The notes beneath the pieces were generated by a model. The model worked only from the letters and a program-made list of their open reading frames with translations. It was not told the DNA's origin and did no database searches. Below, piece by piece: positions 27,410 to 41,277 of a stretch of DNA of 64,000 bases. How positions within the stretch are numbered: position 1 is the stretch's first letter; every line of letters starts with the position of its first letter. Location of the stretch: positions 7,563,360 through 7,627,359 of the forward strand of contig NC_043019.1 in assembly GCF_006345805.1 (NCBI RefSeq), in the 5' to 3' direction. Source of the stretch: Octopus sinensis. Its lineage: Eukaryota. The position numbers and the translations under genes are program-made.

Positions 27410-28263
27410 ATAGAGTGACCAGTTGATCTAAGAAGTGATGCCTTGACTCAGTGAGCGGAAGGGCGAGGTGCAATAATACCGTCGAGAGGAATTCCTCGAT
27501 GTGGTAGGCATGTAGCGGCACTACGCAGCAGCACTTGCTGAACGCCCCACTGGCTGGAGACAGCTGGCACCCGCACTATCGGAGCTTAAGATGGTAGCTG
27601 AGAGCAGCACACTTCACCTTTCCTGTAAATAAACCAGTTGTAAATAGCATTTATACTTGATGACTTTTCTCTTCGCCTGTCAGAAGCCTGAACTACATGA
27701 AGAACAAAAAGATGATGGAAGGAGATTATATTCTTTCGATATCGTAAACCTTGCCTTCCATCATTAAAGGTATTTTTTGCCCTAATGAGTCCATAAACCG
27801 CCTAGTATCCAGTTTTGCCCAAACCGGGGACAAATCGGGTCAAAACACCGGGCCCGGCGATCCACCGTCGAGCTGAACGAAGCCTTGTGTTTCTGACGCT
27901 TATGTCTCTCTGGAAAGTTTCTCACGAACAGAATACAACAGCCAGTGACACCCCACGTTTGTACACACACTATAAACGTCTTGCACATCGGTATTTTAAT
28001 CTAAGATTATCTAAAATTCGTTAATTAATTTAGAAGAAAACCAATCTAAAGCATTCATTGATGAACACGCAACGAACAAATTGAAGCAGCAGGAGTGATT
28101 TTGTGGTAAGAAGTTTGTGCTTCCGAACCACGTGGTTCAGGATTCAGTCCCGCTGTGCAGCATCTTCAGCGAGTGTCTTCTATTATAGCCTCGAATCAAC
28201 CAAGTCTTCTCAATGGATTTGGCAGACGGAATGAAAGAAGCTCACCGTAATATATATATATAA

Positions 28264-28308
<45 letters not shown>

Positions 28309-28555
28309 TATATATTATATATATATAGTATATATATATATATATTTATTGAAATGGATAAATGAATATCTTGTTACGGATTATTCAAAATTTAACCGAT
28401 ACCTGTGTAGCAAAAATCACAACAGAAAAAATATGGTTGAAGTTACGACCAAGGGGTGTCGCAACCGTGCCTTAGCGCGGATAATTGAAGTTTAATATAT
28501 TTAGTGAAGGGAAGAAATGGAGCTGAACGAAGATTCTACAGAATTCCTTTTATTA

Positions 28556-28639
28556 TTTTCTACACATGTTTCAAAGGCCGCAAATTTCCAAATTCGGATT
28601 GAATAAGGAGACCATTTTGCAGCTTTCTCTTCAGGAAAA
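28556..28639 (-). ncRNA. Minimal type I hammerhead ribozyme (left arm)
   Basis: Reverse complement of the 28915-28998 motif, with an intact core. Confidence 0.8.
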
Positions 28640-28914
28640 TCCAGGAATTTAAATCTCCAAACAAATGCGCAGCAAGCAATTCGAATAAAACGCTCCTTAG
28701 AATATACTCATACCCTTTGGTTTTCAGTATTTCTTCCCCTACCAGGTTTGACCGCAGTTTGACCTCGATTTATTCCAACGGACTTTTTCGTCGACCTCCA
28801 CACCCCTAACGTCAACGCACATTGAGAGACAGTTTGTGCCATTCCATGGGCTCCGAAGGAGCGTTTTGTTCGAATTGCTTGCTGCGCATTTGTTTGGAGA
28901 TTTAAATTCCTGGA

Positions 28915-28998
28915 TTTTCCTGAAGAGAAAGCTGCAAAATGGTCTCCTTATTCAATACGAATTTGGAAATTTGCGGCCTTTGAAACATGTGTAGAAAA
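28915..28998 (+). ncRNA. Minimal type I hammerhead ribozyme (right arm)
   Basis: UUUUC-CUGAAGA-G-AAAGCUGC...GCGGCCUUU-GAAA-C-AUGU-G-UA-GAAAA: 5-bp stem I, canonical core, GUA site (cleavage after 28993). Confidence 0.85.
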
Positions 28999-29123
28999 TA
29001 ATAAAAGGAATTCTGTAGAATCTTCGTTCAGCTCCATTTCTTCCCTTCACTAAATATATAAAATATATATATATAGACGTGATATCTCGCAGTACGAGTT
29101 TAATTGGTTCTATGACCAAGCTC

Positions 29124-29159
<36 letters not shown>

Positions 29160-29162
<3 letters not shown>

Positions 29163-29250
29163 ATCCAAACAAGAAAACACAAAAAACACAATGCGAGGAC
29201 GTGGAACAAATATAGTATTATTGGACGCTCAGGAAAGAAGGGAAGAAGGA
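29160..29250 (-). mobile_element. PLE-like tail fragment
   Basis: Reverse complement ttcctgagcgtccaataatac...ttgtt resembles the sequence after the HHR at 63620-63660. Confidence 0.45.
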
Positions 29251-31442
29251 ATATATATATATATACATATATATACACGTCTATGTGTTTGAATATCAAT
29301 GTGTGTTTGTCTTTGTTCCCCACCACTGCTTGGCATCCGGTGTTGGTTTGTTTACTTCTTCATGACTTTAGTGATTTCAATGAATGAGTGCGATAGGATA
29401 TGTACGAAACTTTTTTTTTCATAAGTACCGGGATCGATTCGTCCGACTAAAATACCTTTTAAGACGGTGCCCCAGCACGGCCGTAGTTCAATAACAACGC
29501 GTCTAACAACAGCACCAGCAGCAGCTGCTCTTCCAGCGGCACTGTTATTTGGTATAAAATGAAAGAGAAGCGAATGCTCGATCAAACTCGATCGAAAGTG
29601 TTAAATATGATTTTACACAATTATATTTCATCCGAAGCTGTTTTTTTTTGTTTTTGCGATATTAATTAATTCCAGGCAGACATGGCCATTCTCATCTTAG
29701 CCGACAATCCTTCTGCAATTTTTCGTTAGTATAACCTTCATACTGAGTGGGCCGTGGGCATCTGAGTTAGTCCTCGTACATGACGAGGCGGAACAATGCA
29801 GAAACCCATCTGTCTTTCTATCTAATGACGTCACCCACATCCTAAAACACTGTTTGTTATACCTTAGATGCTTAATTCCATATTTACATATCACGGATCC
29901 CATATTTACATACATCTGTCTCTCAACTGTCCCCATCTCTCTCTCTCTCTCTCTCCCTCTCTCTTTCTCTCTCTCTCTCTTCCGGTTGGTGTATCATCAT
30001 CATCATCATCACATTCAACGTAAGCTTCCCATACTACTATGAGTTGTGTGTGTATCTATGTAGATATGTATGTATGCATCTATGCATATATATATATGTG
30101 TGTGTGTGCATGAATGTCTTTATGTATGTATGTATATATGTTTGTATGTATCTAAGTACGTATGAATGCGTTTATATGTTTATATATTTATACATACATA
30201 TATGTATATGTATATACATATATATATGCGTGTGTGTCTGTGTGTGTTTATGTGTATGTATACATATACGCATATATAATATTTTGCATGTATTTTATGC
30301 CTTTTATATATGTATATCTCAATTGGAATATGTGTTTATGTATCTTTGTATGTATGTATGTATATATGCATGAGTCAATGTCTGTCTGTGTGTCTGTATG
30401 TATGCTTTATTACCCACCCGGCTCATACCCTGATTTAATTCCAAATTTCAAAGGAATATTTTGCCTTTTCTATTTCCTTAATTACAAGGCAAATTGTCTG
30501 CTGTTTTTATCAGTGTATGCACTAGCATTTCTCGGCCATATTTTTTTTACTGACTATTCTGGTTTACTGTATGTGTCCGTATGAATATATGTGCATTTAA
30601 ATGTGTTAATGTGGGCATGTGTATATATGTATATATGTGTGTATATATGTTTGTTTTCTAAGTTGTTGTTTTTATGTGAATGCGTGTGTATGTGCAGCAA
30701 ACTAATCTTTTAATTCAGTTATGCATATGTAAACGTGTATAATTATATGCACGTTATTTTAAATATGTGTGTGAGACAGTTCGTTTGTGTAAATATATAT
30801 ATGTGTGTGATGTGCGTGTGCATGTATATATATATGTGTCTGTGCTTATGTACGTGTAATTTATACAAGGTTGTCATGTGTGTGTGTGTGTATGTGTGTG
30901 CATGTGTGTACGTGTCTGTGTTTGTGTAGTGTAATTTATACACAGTTGTCTTGTGTGTGTGGGTCTATGCTTGTATAGCTTAATTTATACAAGGTTGTCC
31001 TGTGTGTTTATGTGTATGCGCGCGTGAATGTGCCCCTGTGTGTGTTTGTGTGTGTGGGTCTATGCTTGTATAGCTTAATTTATACAAGGTTGTCATGTGT
31101 GTGTGTGAGCGCGTGTGCCCCGGTGTGTGTTTGTGTGTGTGTGTTATGTATGTGCGTGTGTGTGCGTGCGTGCGAGTGTGTGTATGTGTGTGAATGTGTG
31201 TGCGTGTGTGTGTGTATATGTACGTGTGTGTGTACGTGTGTGTGTGCCTGTGTATGTATGTGTACGTATGTGTACGCGGGTGTGTGTGTGTCCTCTGATA
31301 TGTAAAATTCGGCAACATTAGGTTTCCATGTGTATATATCGTGTTTAATCTTTTTTTCCCTCGTCTGTTTGTTGTATCTGCATTATAATTGCATATCTCG
31401 TTAATCATCTTCCATGTTGCGGAATGTTCGGACTGTTGTGTG

Positions 31443-31492
<50 letters not shown>

Positions 31493-31612
31493 GTATTTTG
31501 GTGTGTTAATAATTGCGGTGTCTTTGCATTGTATTTGCATGTAGCTCTAACATGTGGTTGAAATGCCCATGTATGTGCATGTGTTTGTGCGCATGTGTGC
31601 GTATGTGTGTGT

Positions 31613-31890
31613 GTGTATGTGTGTATACGTGTGTGTGAGTGTGTGGTGTTTGTGTTATATGTGCTGTGTGTGTCTGTGGTGTATCTATGTGTAGTATAAT
31701 GTGTGTATGTATGTGTGTATACGTGTGTGTGAGTGTGTGGTGTTTGTGTTATATGTGCTGTGTGTGTCTGTGGTGTATCTATGTGTAGTATAATGTGTGT
31801 ATGTATGTGTGTATACGTGTGTGTGAGTGTGTGGTGTTTGTGTTATATGTGCTGTGTGTGTCTGTGGTGTATCTATGTGTAGTATAATGT
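31613..31890. repeat. 94-bp TG-rich minisatellite, 3 copies
   Basis: acgtgtgtgtgag recurs at 31627, 31721 and 31815. Confidence 0.9.
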
Positions 31891-32171
31891 GTGTGTGTGT
31901 ATGAGTACTGTGTGTGTATAGTATTATTATATAGCGTGTGTGTGTGTGAGTGTGTCTGTAGTACATAATGCGTATGTGATGTTTGTGTATGCGTGTAGTG
32001 CTGCCATGTGTATGCGATGTCTTCGTGTGTGTGTGCTTGAGGTAGAAGGTCAATCTGTGCGTATGTGCTTGTTGATGGTAGCTCGTTAATCGGTGTAATG
32101 TTTTAACTGTGTGTGTATATGTGCCTGTGCATATGTAGTGCAAATGTGTGTGTGTACAGTGTTACTACTTT

Positions 32172-32271
32172 NNNNNNNNNNNNNNNNNNNNNNNNNNNNN
32201 NNNNNNNNNNNNNNNNNNNNNNNNNNNNNNNNNNNNNNNNNNNNNNNNNNNNNNNNNNNNNNNNNNNNNNN
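32172..32271. other. Assembly gap (100 N)
   Basis: N run. Confidence 1.
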
Positions 32272-32362
32272 GGGGTAGGGCGAGAGAAGAAACAGAAAAG
32301 AGGTGAAGACAGACTCGTGTATAAGGAGAGCCAGAAGAAACATGACGCGTTACAGAGTGAAG

Positions 32363-32397
<35 letters not shown>

Positions 32398-33128
32398 GGG
32401 GTAGAGGGAGAGACAAAGGCAGAAAGAAAGAGAAAGAGAGAGAATGTGTTTAGTGGAATAGAGAGAATAGAGAGAATAGATAGGTTGTATTCAGAAAAGA
32501 GAAACACAAACAAGGAGATAAGCAAGAGAGCATGAGAGAATGTTTATAGAATAAAAGAGAGATAGTCTGTGGAGAATGATGAGGAGAGAGAGAGAGAGAG
32601 AGGGGGAGCAAAGGGGATGAGAGGGAGAGAGAGAGAGGGAGAGAGGAATGAGTAAAATGAGAAAAAGTATTCGTAAAGTGTGAAGGAGGGGGAGAAATGA
32701 ATATTAGAGTCAACGGGTGAAAAGGCAAAGAAGAAATCGCGAAAAGATAAAGGAAGTGTGTGGGGGGGGGTAGAGAAAGATATAGAGAGAGTGAGAGAGG
32801 GGCGAGGGAGAGAGATGGAGAGGGGAGAGATGGAGTGGGAGAGAGAGGGACGGAAAGAGGGGAGCGACAGAAAAACAGAGAAATAGAGAAACAAGTATTC
32901 AAAGTGAGTGAAATGAAGGAGAGAGAAATCACAAACAAAGACACGGGAAAGAGAGAGAGAGAGAGAGAGAGGGGAGAGAAAGTAAGAGATAGAGTGAGAG
33001 AGTGAGAGAGAGAAAGTCAGAGAGAGATATATGATAGATAGAGAGAGACAGTGGGAGAGAAAAGTATTCAAACTGACAAAGTGAATGAAAGAACGAAGAG
33101 AAAATTTAGAAAATAAAGAGAAGGAGAA

Positions 33129-33173
<45 letters not shown>

Positions 33174-33270
33174 AGAGAGAGTGAGAAAGAGGCAGAAAAT
33201 GTGAGGGAGAGAGGGAGAGAAATATAGAGGGAAATTGAGAGTGCGACGGGGTGAGAAAAAGGAAGTTCGA
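32272..33270 (+). repeat. Purine-rich (GA)n low-complexity tract
   Basis: Direct inspection. Confidence 0.9.
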
Positions 33271-35050
33271 ACTAAATGTAGGGATTCTTTCATTCAGTAG
33301 AAAATGGCGCCTGCAACTAATTTCCTTCTTTCTAACATCCAGTTTATATTGAAGTCTGAGAATACGATGTTAAGGCGTAAAAGATGCTTTTTTTGCTTTG
33401 TTTTGCTTTCTTTTACCTACTTACGAATATCTTTGAATGTTTATTTATTTATTCATTTATTTATACATTAAAGCAATCTCTTTATCTATCCATGTGTCTG
33501 TACGTATACACATGTAGCTGTACGTTCGTGCACGCATATGGACACACTCACACATCCACATGCATATACATACAAACCTTCTCTACATTTATATTTCAAC
33601 TACACACGGCTTTATACATGTGATTTGATATATAAACACATGTATGTATACATGCATGCATTTAAATGTGTATGTATGTATGTATGTATGTATGTATCTA
33701 TCTTTGTTTATCTATCTATCTAGCTAACTAACTAGCTAGCCATGTGTGTGTGTGTGTAGAAACGTATATCCACATATATATATATATATATATTTATGAA
33801 TTTCAATATGCGTATTATATATAAAAAACATACATATATATATATACACAAATCCATCCATCAACACATATATACATATACGTATATATACATATATGTG
33901 TGTATATACATGTATATATGTATCTATGTATATATGCATACAAACACACACACATATATATATATATCTATATACATACACATATACGCACACTTATTTT
34001 CAATTTTGTATACGTATATATACTGCAATGCACCAACATCGAAAAAGAAATATATTCACAACAGTCGAATGCACCCGCCGCAAATCCATCCATGGGTATA
34101 CGCACAGAATAATATTCACATAAATACAAACAAGCACAAATAAGGGTACATATTTATACGAACACGTACACTGAATCTCTGACACACGCACACATACACA
34201 CACACAGATTCATTGGCTTATTGAAAGGCGATTGTTGATGAATGAATTTAGTAGCGATAAGTGCTAAGGAGATGAAAGGACGAAAGGTGGAAGAAGATTA
34301 GTATGGAAGACCAAGGGGTGAAGAAGTTGATGAAAAAAGAAAGACGATGCGTTGAGAGGAAGGAACGTAGTAGAATGAAACGTGAAGAAGGACGAAAACG
34401 CGTAAAAGGTGCATGTGTAGAAGAATATGAATTGCATTGTGAAAAGACATACTGATGATGATGATGATGATGATGACGATGATGATGACGAAAACGACAA
34501 CTCTGACAGCGATGGCGACGACGATGGTAATGAGAGGAAGGATGAGAAGAACTGATAGTGGAAGAAAGGAGTAAGAGATGATAAACGAAAGCAGTAAGAG
34601 ATAAAGGTGTGGCTAGAGAAATTATTATAGAGAAGGAAGGAGACGAGAAGAAGGAAGGAAACAGCAAAAGTAAGAACGATATGTTGTTACTGTTTCGAAC
34701 GTCATAGAAATTCAACAATCAATGTACTTAAAAATATTCAATTTCTGTCCTGATTTCCTTCCGGCCATATCTCTCTCGCGGAGTCAAACATACGTCTTTT
34801 CCACGCAAATAGCTACCGCTGCCAAATAATCGCGTTTATTGCCACTGTAGAATTGATTCACATTTGAAATGAGTGTATAGGTGCAGTGTACACATATTCA
34901 AGTCGTACATATACTAAAGACATACCCGCAAACGCATCAGACACACACACACAATCATGAATACTAATATGTAGAAGCATTGTATTCATATTGATAGCAA
35001 TCATCTGCAATAATAATAACTGAAAGGTCAAAGACTGAGAGAGCAAACAC

Positions 35051-35123
<73 letters not shown>

Positions 35124-35520
35124 TTCAACAAAATTTAGATTCAAATGAATATGGTACTTAAGTTGGATGCACCAGAATTCTGTATGATGTTATCCATATA
35201 AATCTGTGAGGTGATTATAATCAAAATAAGCAACAAGAATGATTCCGGTAATTTGGTACGATCGTTACGCACTACATCATTTTATTAAATGTTGTAAGTA
35301 TTACAATAGTTTTAAAATGCTAAGCACTCTTCAGCCATTAATAGAGGTTTTCCATTAATACATAATTTTCATATCAAGTGATAACAGTATAGAGAAGGTA
35401 GATATATAGACAAAGATGTGGATTTAAATTTTAGGAAAACTTGAGGTAGTGGAGATATATATAATTGTTAAAGAGGTCAACAAAAGTTAAGGCAAGTCAC
35501 ATATCTCAAGTCATACACAT

Positions 35521-35955
35521 TATTATTACTGGAAAAAAATTGAAAGTCTTACTACAATTTCTGGGATATCCCAGGGTATGGGATATTCCGTCATCTGGGA
35601 CAAATAGGGAAAATGAGAAAGGTGTGTATTAATGAAATGACCACATAGAGGACAGGAGTAAAGGAATAAGGAGATGAAGGAAGAGAAGAAAATCCTGGAT
35701 TTAAGCAGGATTACACCTAAGTATTTTTGGATTTATTTCTACAAGATTGGAATTTTGAACTGTGAGCTATTATACTTCATTTTTCTTCTCTTTCTTCATC
35801 TCCTTATTCATTTACTCCTGTTCTCTATGTCGTCATTTCATTAGTCTATACAATTCTCATTGTCCCTATTTGTTTGCGATGGCAGAATAATCCCATACTC
35901 TGGGGACTTCCCAGAAACAACTTTAAGACTTAAAATTATTTTTTCCAATAATAAT
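35521..35955. mobile_element. Old fold-back element with degenerate hammerhead remnants
   Basis: Diverged arms ~35521-35693 and ~35779-35955; minus strand of the left arm reads CAGAUGA-C-GGAAUAUCCCA..UGGGAUAUCC-CA-GAAA. Confidence 0.75.
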
Positions 35956-36046
35956 AATATATATGACTTGAGATGTTTGCTTTGCCATAACATTTGTTGT
36001 CCTCTTTAACAATGATATATCCGCTACATCGGAAATCTGCAATGTC

Positions 36047-36082
<36 letters not shown>

Positions 36083-36109
36083 GTATGTGTGTGTGTGTGT
36101 GTGTATGTA

Positions 36110-36310
36110 TACTTGCGTATGTTTGTGTTCCCACAAAATCGCTTGACAACCGATGCAGGTGTGTTTACGTCCCGATAACTTCGCGTTTTGGAAGAAATGA
36201 CCGATAGAATAAGTACTAGGCTTAGAAAGAATAAGTCCTGAAGCCATTCGCTCGATTAAAAGCCTTGCTCCAGCATGGCCGCAGTCGAATGACTGAAACG
36301 AATAAAGGAA
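36110..36310 (+). mobile_element. SINE family B 3' half
   Basis: atcgcttgacaaccgatg...gaataagtactagg...ccagcatggccgcagtc. Confidence 0.8.
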
Positions 36311-36378
36311 AAAGCGCATAGAAGAACCTAAATCTGCATATCTATAGATATGTATATATATGCATACATATATATATA

Positions 36379-36422
<44 letters not shown>

Positions 36423-37034
36423 GCTATATGTCTATACATATACATACAGATAGCTAAACTGGTAGATATATATATTCTTATATGTATAGATTATGAGACA
36501 AATACATATAATAATTCAATTTAACAAAAAAGAAAACTTCTATATTCTATTTCTTTCCTTTATGCCTCTAGAAACTGATGGCAACCAACAACATCCCCAA
36601 AATAGAATGATCTACAAAAGCACGTCTCCCCAATCACCTCCTGCCGTTTTGACAACAAAATTCATCCGATTTTTTCTTCTCTCTTGAAACTGCGACATAG
36701 AGAAATTTAACCTATAAACTCTAAGTTTGGCTAAAAGACCTGAAGGTATACGAAGACAAGTCATCGATAGGAATTTTTGCGAGTAACTAGTTTCTTAAAC
36801 CGAGAGGGCATATAATCTAATTTTAGATTCGTGGTGAGATATCTTCACAGTGATTTGATGTGGAACCTCCAACCACCGCCAGCTAAACTAATTTTTTTTC
36901 CATTTGTTTGAGTTGTTCTTTACATTCAAGTTGTCTTGAAGGTAAAGTTACCAAAAATGGAGCAGAAAATATGCTGCAGTATTATTGTATTTTACGTCGA
37001 TTTCCACACTACGAAGTGGGCTACAATAGGTGCC

Positions 37035-37275
37035 ACTACCCCTACTCTTTACTACCCACAAGGTGTTAAACACCGAGAGGACAAACAAGGACAGACAAAC
37101 GGATTAAGTCGATTATATTGACCCCAGTGCGTAACTGGTGCTTATTTAATCGACCCCGAAAGGATGAAATGCAAAGTCGACCTCGGCGGAATTTGAACTC
37201 AGAACGTACCGGCAGACGAAATACGGCTACGCATTTCGCCCGGCGCGCTAACGTTTCTGCCAGCTCGCCGCCTTA
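37035..37275 (-). mobile_element. SINE family A, young full copy
   Basis: Near-identical in reverse to 10314-10520. Confidence 0.9.
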
Positions 37276-37736
37276 GGAATGATGATGATGATGATGATTT
37301 TGAATAAGAATAATAAATAGAAAGATTTGCTTCTTTTGTAAACCATATATGATATATTCGGTTCGGAAGTATCGAGATATGCGAAAGAAGGATGCCGAAT
37401 GATATATGGACAGACGGAATGAGTTGTACAAAGAATAAGAAATAAAAACAGAATGGAGAGAGAGGAGAGAGGGGAGAAAAGAAGGAGCCAAGTATTACTG
37501 CGGGAGAAGGTGTATGTATTCTGTAAATGAGAGACAAGTAGAAACGGCTTAAAGAAGAAATTGGCAAGATTCATAGCTGGAGTTGATAACCACACTTATG
37601 ACAAGTGGCCATTTTCTGTAAAGTATGAAAAATACTTTCAGTTGTAGTTACTTGATATCATCTGAACATATATAGGAATATGTGCGTGTCTACATACCGT
37701 ATGCGTCTATATATATATACTTACATAATATATATA

Positions 37737-37779
<43 letters not shown>

Positions 37780-38399
37780 TATACAAACATAAACATACGT
37801 ATATATATATGCCTAAATATATTTGCATATATATACATATATATATATTATATATATATATGTATATATAAATATATATGTTTATATATATACATATAAA
37901 TATATGCATACATCTATCTATCTACATATGCACGTATATACCAATATGTACCTGTGTGCACGGAAGTGCGTGCGCTTCTATGTGTGTATGCGCGTGTTTG
38001 TGGGACCTGTGTATTAAGGTTTTCTTCAGAATATATGAAGCTATGACCTGCGAAAGCCTATCTATATTTTTACTTGCCATTTCCCAGTGAAGTATGTATC
38101 ACATTTTGCTACAAACAGCAGCAAGAAATTTGATTCAATTTTTTTTGTCTTTCTAATTACTAAAAATTTTACCTTCGAATAATCCCCATCTCTTTTTAAC
38201 TTGAAGGTTATATTCGGAGGTGTTGATTTCCGACTGAAAATGTTCTTTGGAATTGTAGGCTGTTAGTAAGTCTGAGCTAGACATGACCACATCGGGTAAA
38301 CATCCTTAAATACAATAATCTCTCTTTTGCATTGCATATATAGTTACATGAGATGCATGAATAATCCAACGAGCGAGGTCTTTGTAATGTAAACAGACT

Positions 38400-38752
38400 T
38401 ATTAGAAATAGCAGCTAACTTTCCTTCACATTCCACCATCGTAAAGACCGCCTTTGATCAACAATGACAATGAGATCGCACCTAGAAATTTCCTCCCCGA
38501 GGCACAAGTCCGGGCAAGTGTGTTTGTGGAAGACCAGCAGTCACCCATGCACACCAGCCTCCCCTCTCCACGCCACTGATATTATCCAAGGAAAAGGCAA
38601 AGTGCGATACAGCTTGGTGCCATTGACATAGTGACGCATTTCTACAGCTGCGTGAAATAAGGGATCTTGCTCAAGGACACAACACAGCCCAATCCAAGAA
38701 TAGAATTCATTACCTCATGATCGTGAGCTCGAAGCGATAACCACTGAGCCAT
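38400..38752 (-). mobile_element. Diverged tRNA-derived SINE with central domain (further family)
   Basis: Minus-strand head atggctcagtggttatc...gtccttgagcaag; body ttgcccggacttgtgcctcgg. Confidence 0.6.
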
Positions 38753-39349
38753 ACACATTATATACATTAATATACATCAAAATTACTAAGTACAGCATTG
38801 ACATCACAATAAATAAAGAAGTGTGTATTGAAATATCTACCCTGAATGTATGTCTACTGGAAACAAACCAAGTGAATGCACATGGAGGGGCATTACGTAA
38901 TATATACAACAGAAACACATATTGGATTGGACTCTTTGGTAAATTTATTGAGAATAATATTGCAAGAAACAATTTTCAAGATGTATTGTTCTCAGTTCTT
39001 TATGATGCCTTGGTTATACACTCTCTTTGTTTTCATACACTCATACATTCATACACTCTCTATATTTTCATTTATGAATTTGTCTTACGTTTCTGTATGT
39101 CCGTTGCAAAGTTTCTGATGTGAAACCGTGTGGTGAAAGAGATATTGTTATATTTTGGGACGGCCACATTTTCTTGCCAAATAAACACACGCACTATATG
39201 TTCGTTCTTCACTCGTTCTTATCTTATCTTATGTCCATTCTCTAGATAACATTAGTCACACACTCTGACCGCTTCAGAACTCTTCAATCCCACGTGTCTC
39301 CCGTTCTGCTTAGTCCATTAGACAATATATATATATATATATAATATAT

Positions 39350-39398
<49 letters not shown>

Positions 39399-40364
39399 CA
39401 TGCATGCATGCACACACACGCACACACACATCCGGAGGGTAAATAAGAAAAAATGGAAAAAGGAAGTACAATGTGTGTGAAGCTGTTCGTTCACGAGTGT
39501 ATATAAAAAAGAGAAGCATTGTACGGAAGGGAGAGAGGGAGAAAGTGAGAGAATGGATGGAGGAGGGAGGGATATAGAAAGAGATAGAGAATGAGAGAGA
39601 AAATTAGCGTAAAGTGTTAGTGATGTGACGAGTTTGATAGCAATTATCTAAATAATTGTTGACTGTTGGGGTCAGGGATGGGGGAAATGGATAGTGAAAA
39701 AAAAAGGGAATGGGAAAAGGCAATATCAAGGCTCATCAATGGTGAAAAGATGGGGTGTGGAGAGAATTGGGGGGGGGTAGAGTGCGGTGAGGAGTGTGGA
39801 GTGTTGTGAGGTGGGTGCGGTGTGAAAATGTGGCAATTAAATTGAGTCCATTAACGAGGTTAGAGGTTTAGGAGGGACACACAGACACATACACACGCGT
39901 ATACACTTACAGACACGCACTCACGCGTGCACACACACACATACATATATGGTGTGTGTGTATGTATGTGTATTTGTTGTTTTATGGTGGTGGCATTATG
40001 CATATGCATGTATATCCAGAAAGAGATGGAGATCCGAGACGGATAGAGAGCACGTGAGCATAGAATTTAGTGAATCTCCGAGAAAAATTCCACCGTAATA
40101 GGCACACAAACACACACATACGAATACAGATGCAACCACTTGTATACACATATAAACACGTGCTTACACACACATACACATGCACAACTCGACGCTAGAC
40201 TCCATTTCCTGAATATACCTGCGTCTATCTTCATTCAAACACCTGATTCGGGTTTGATTGTACAATCTGTTGTAGCAACACCACAGGATGAACAAATTCC
40301 GTTGCTGTTCTGAAACAGTTATTATTGAGCCATAATATATCATTAACACATATAGCCGCAAGAG

Positions 40365-40510
40365 TGGCTCTGTGGTAAGTAGCTAGCTTACCAACCACAT
40401 GGGTCCAGGTTCAGTCCCATTACGTAGCATCTTGGGCAAGTGTTTTCTACTATAACCTCGAGCCCACCAAAGCCTTGTGATTGAATTTGGTAGATGAAAA
40501 CCGAAAGATG
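40365..40510 (+). mobile_element. SINE family B head
   Basis: gagtggctctgtggtaagtagc...cttgggcaagtg. Confidence 0.8.
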
Positions 40511-40562
40511 CGCAGAAAAAGTAGACAACGTGAGTCGAACAAGGGGAAAAAGGAAGGGAATC

Positions 40563-40600
40563 AATTTTGACGTTTCGGGCGTATGTCCTGCAGCAGATAT
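40563..40600 (-). ncRNA. Degenerate minimal hammerhead
   Basis: Minus strand: CUGCUGCA-GGAC-AUAC-GCCC-GAAA-CG-UC-AAAAUU; core mutated. Confidence 0.4.
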
Positions 40601-41193
40601 AAAGAATGAGTAAAACCAAAAAATAAAATGTGGGTGGGAAATTAAATGAGGATCATGTTTAGGGGCTGCGCAGGAATGCGGTTCCATGAAGAACTCTTAA
40701 GAAAGGAGGAGGAGGCGTGGTTTTGTGCTCCTATATAGATGATTATACATGTATAGTGGAAGGCATAGGAGATGGTATGTGCATGATGGGTGCATATGTA
40801 CGCGTGGGTTCTTGAGAAGAGTCTATGCGTATGTAGATGTACAAGTGAGAAAGAGTAAAAGCGTGGGATAATGGTGGAATGGCAGGAGGCTGTGCGGAGG
40901 CGGTCGTACTTTATGTCACGGAAAGACGGGAGAGAAACACACACACAAACACAAGCTCACACAGTTATAGATCTTTTATGAGCTAAAATATCATTTCTGA
41001 GATTTTAATGTCGCAAAAATCAAATATGTGGAGCCACTGACATCGCATTTATTCTTTGCAAATGGTTGAGAATAGCATTCCTCTTATGAGCTGTATCATT
41101 TCTTTTGCGGATGTTGTTTAAATACCCACAGCGCTCTTACGCAGAAACGCGTATGTATTTGTATGTTTAAATATATGTGTGTATATTTGTATA

Positions 41194-41277
<84 letters not shown>

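Larger units (their letters stand above)
28496..29058. mobile_element. PLE-type fold-back element with two hammerheads
   Basis: 203-bp near-perfect arms 28496-28698 and 28856-29058 around a 157-bp spacer. Confidence 0.9.
28090..29490 (+). mobile_element. SINE family B split by nested inserts
   Basis: Head at ~28090-28250, 3' half at ~29290-29490. Confidence 0.65.

Noticed and set aside
31613-31890. Regular 94-bp repeats as a CRISPR array
   Set aside because: Tandem units without unique spacers, low complexity, eukaryotic context.
39660-39830. G-rich runs as a G-quadruplex element
   Set aside because: Irregular runs typical of the purine-rich low-complexity tracts here.
40690-40740. GC-box plus TATA-like promoter (ggaggcgtgg...cctatataga)
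   Set aside because: Short motifs expected by chance; no downstream exon found.
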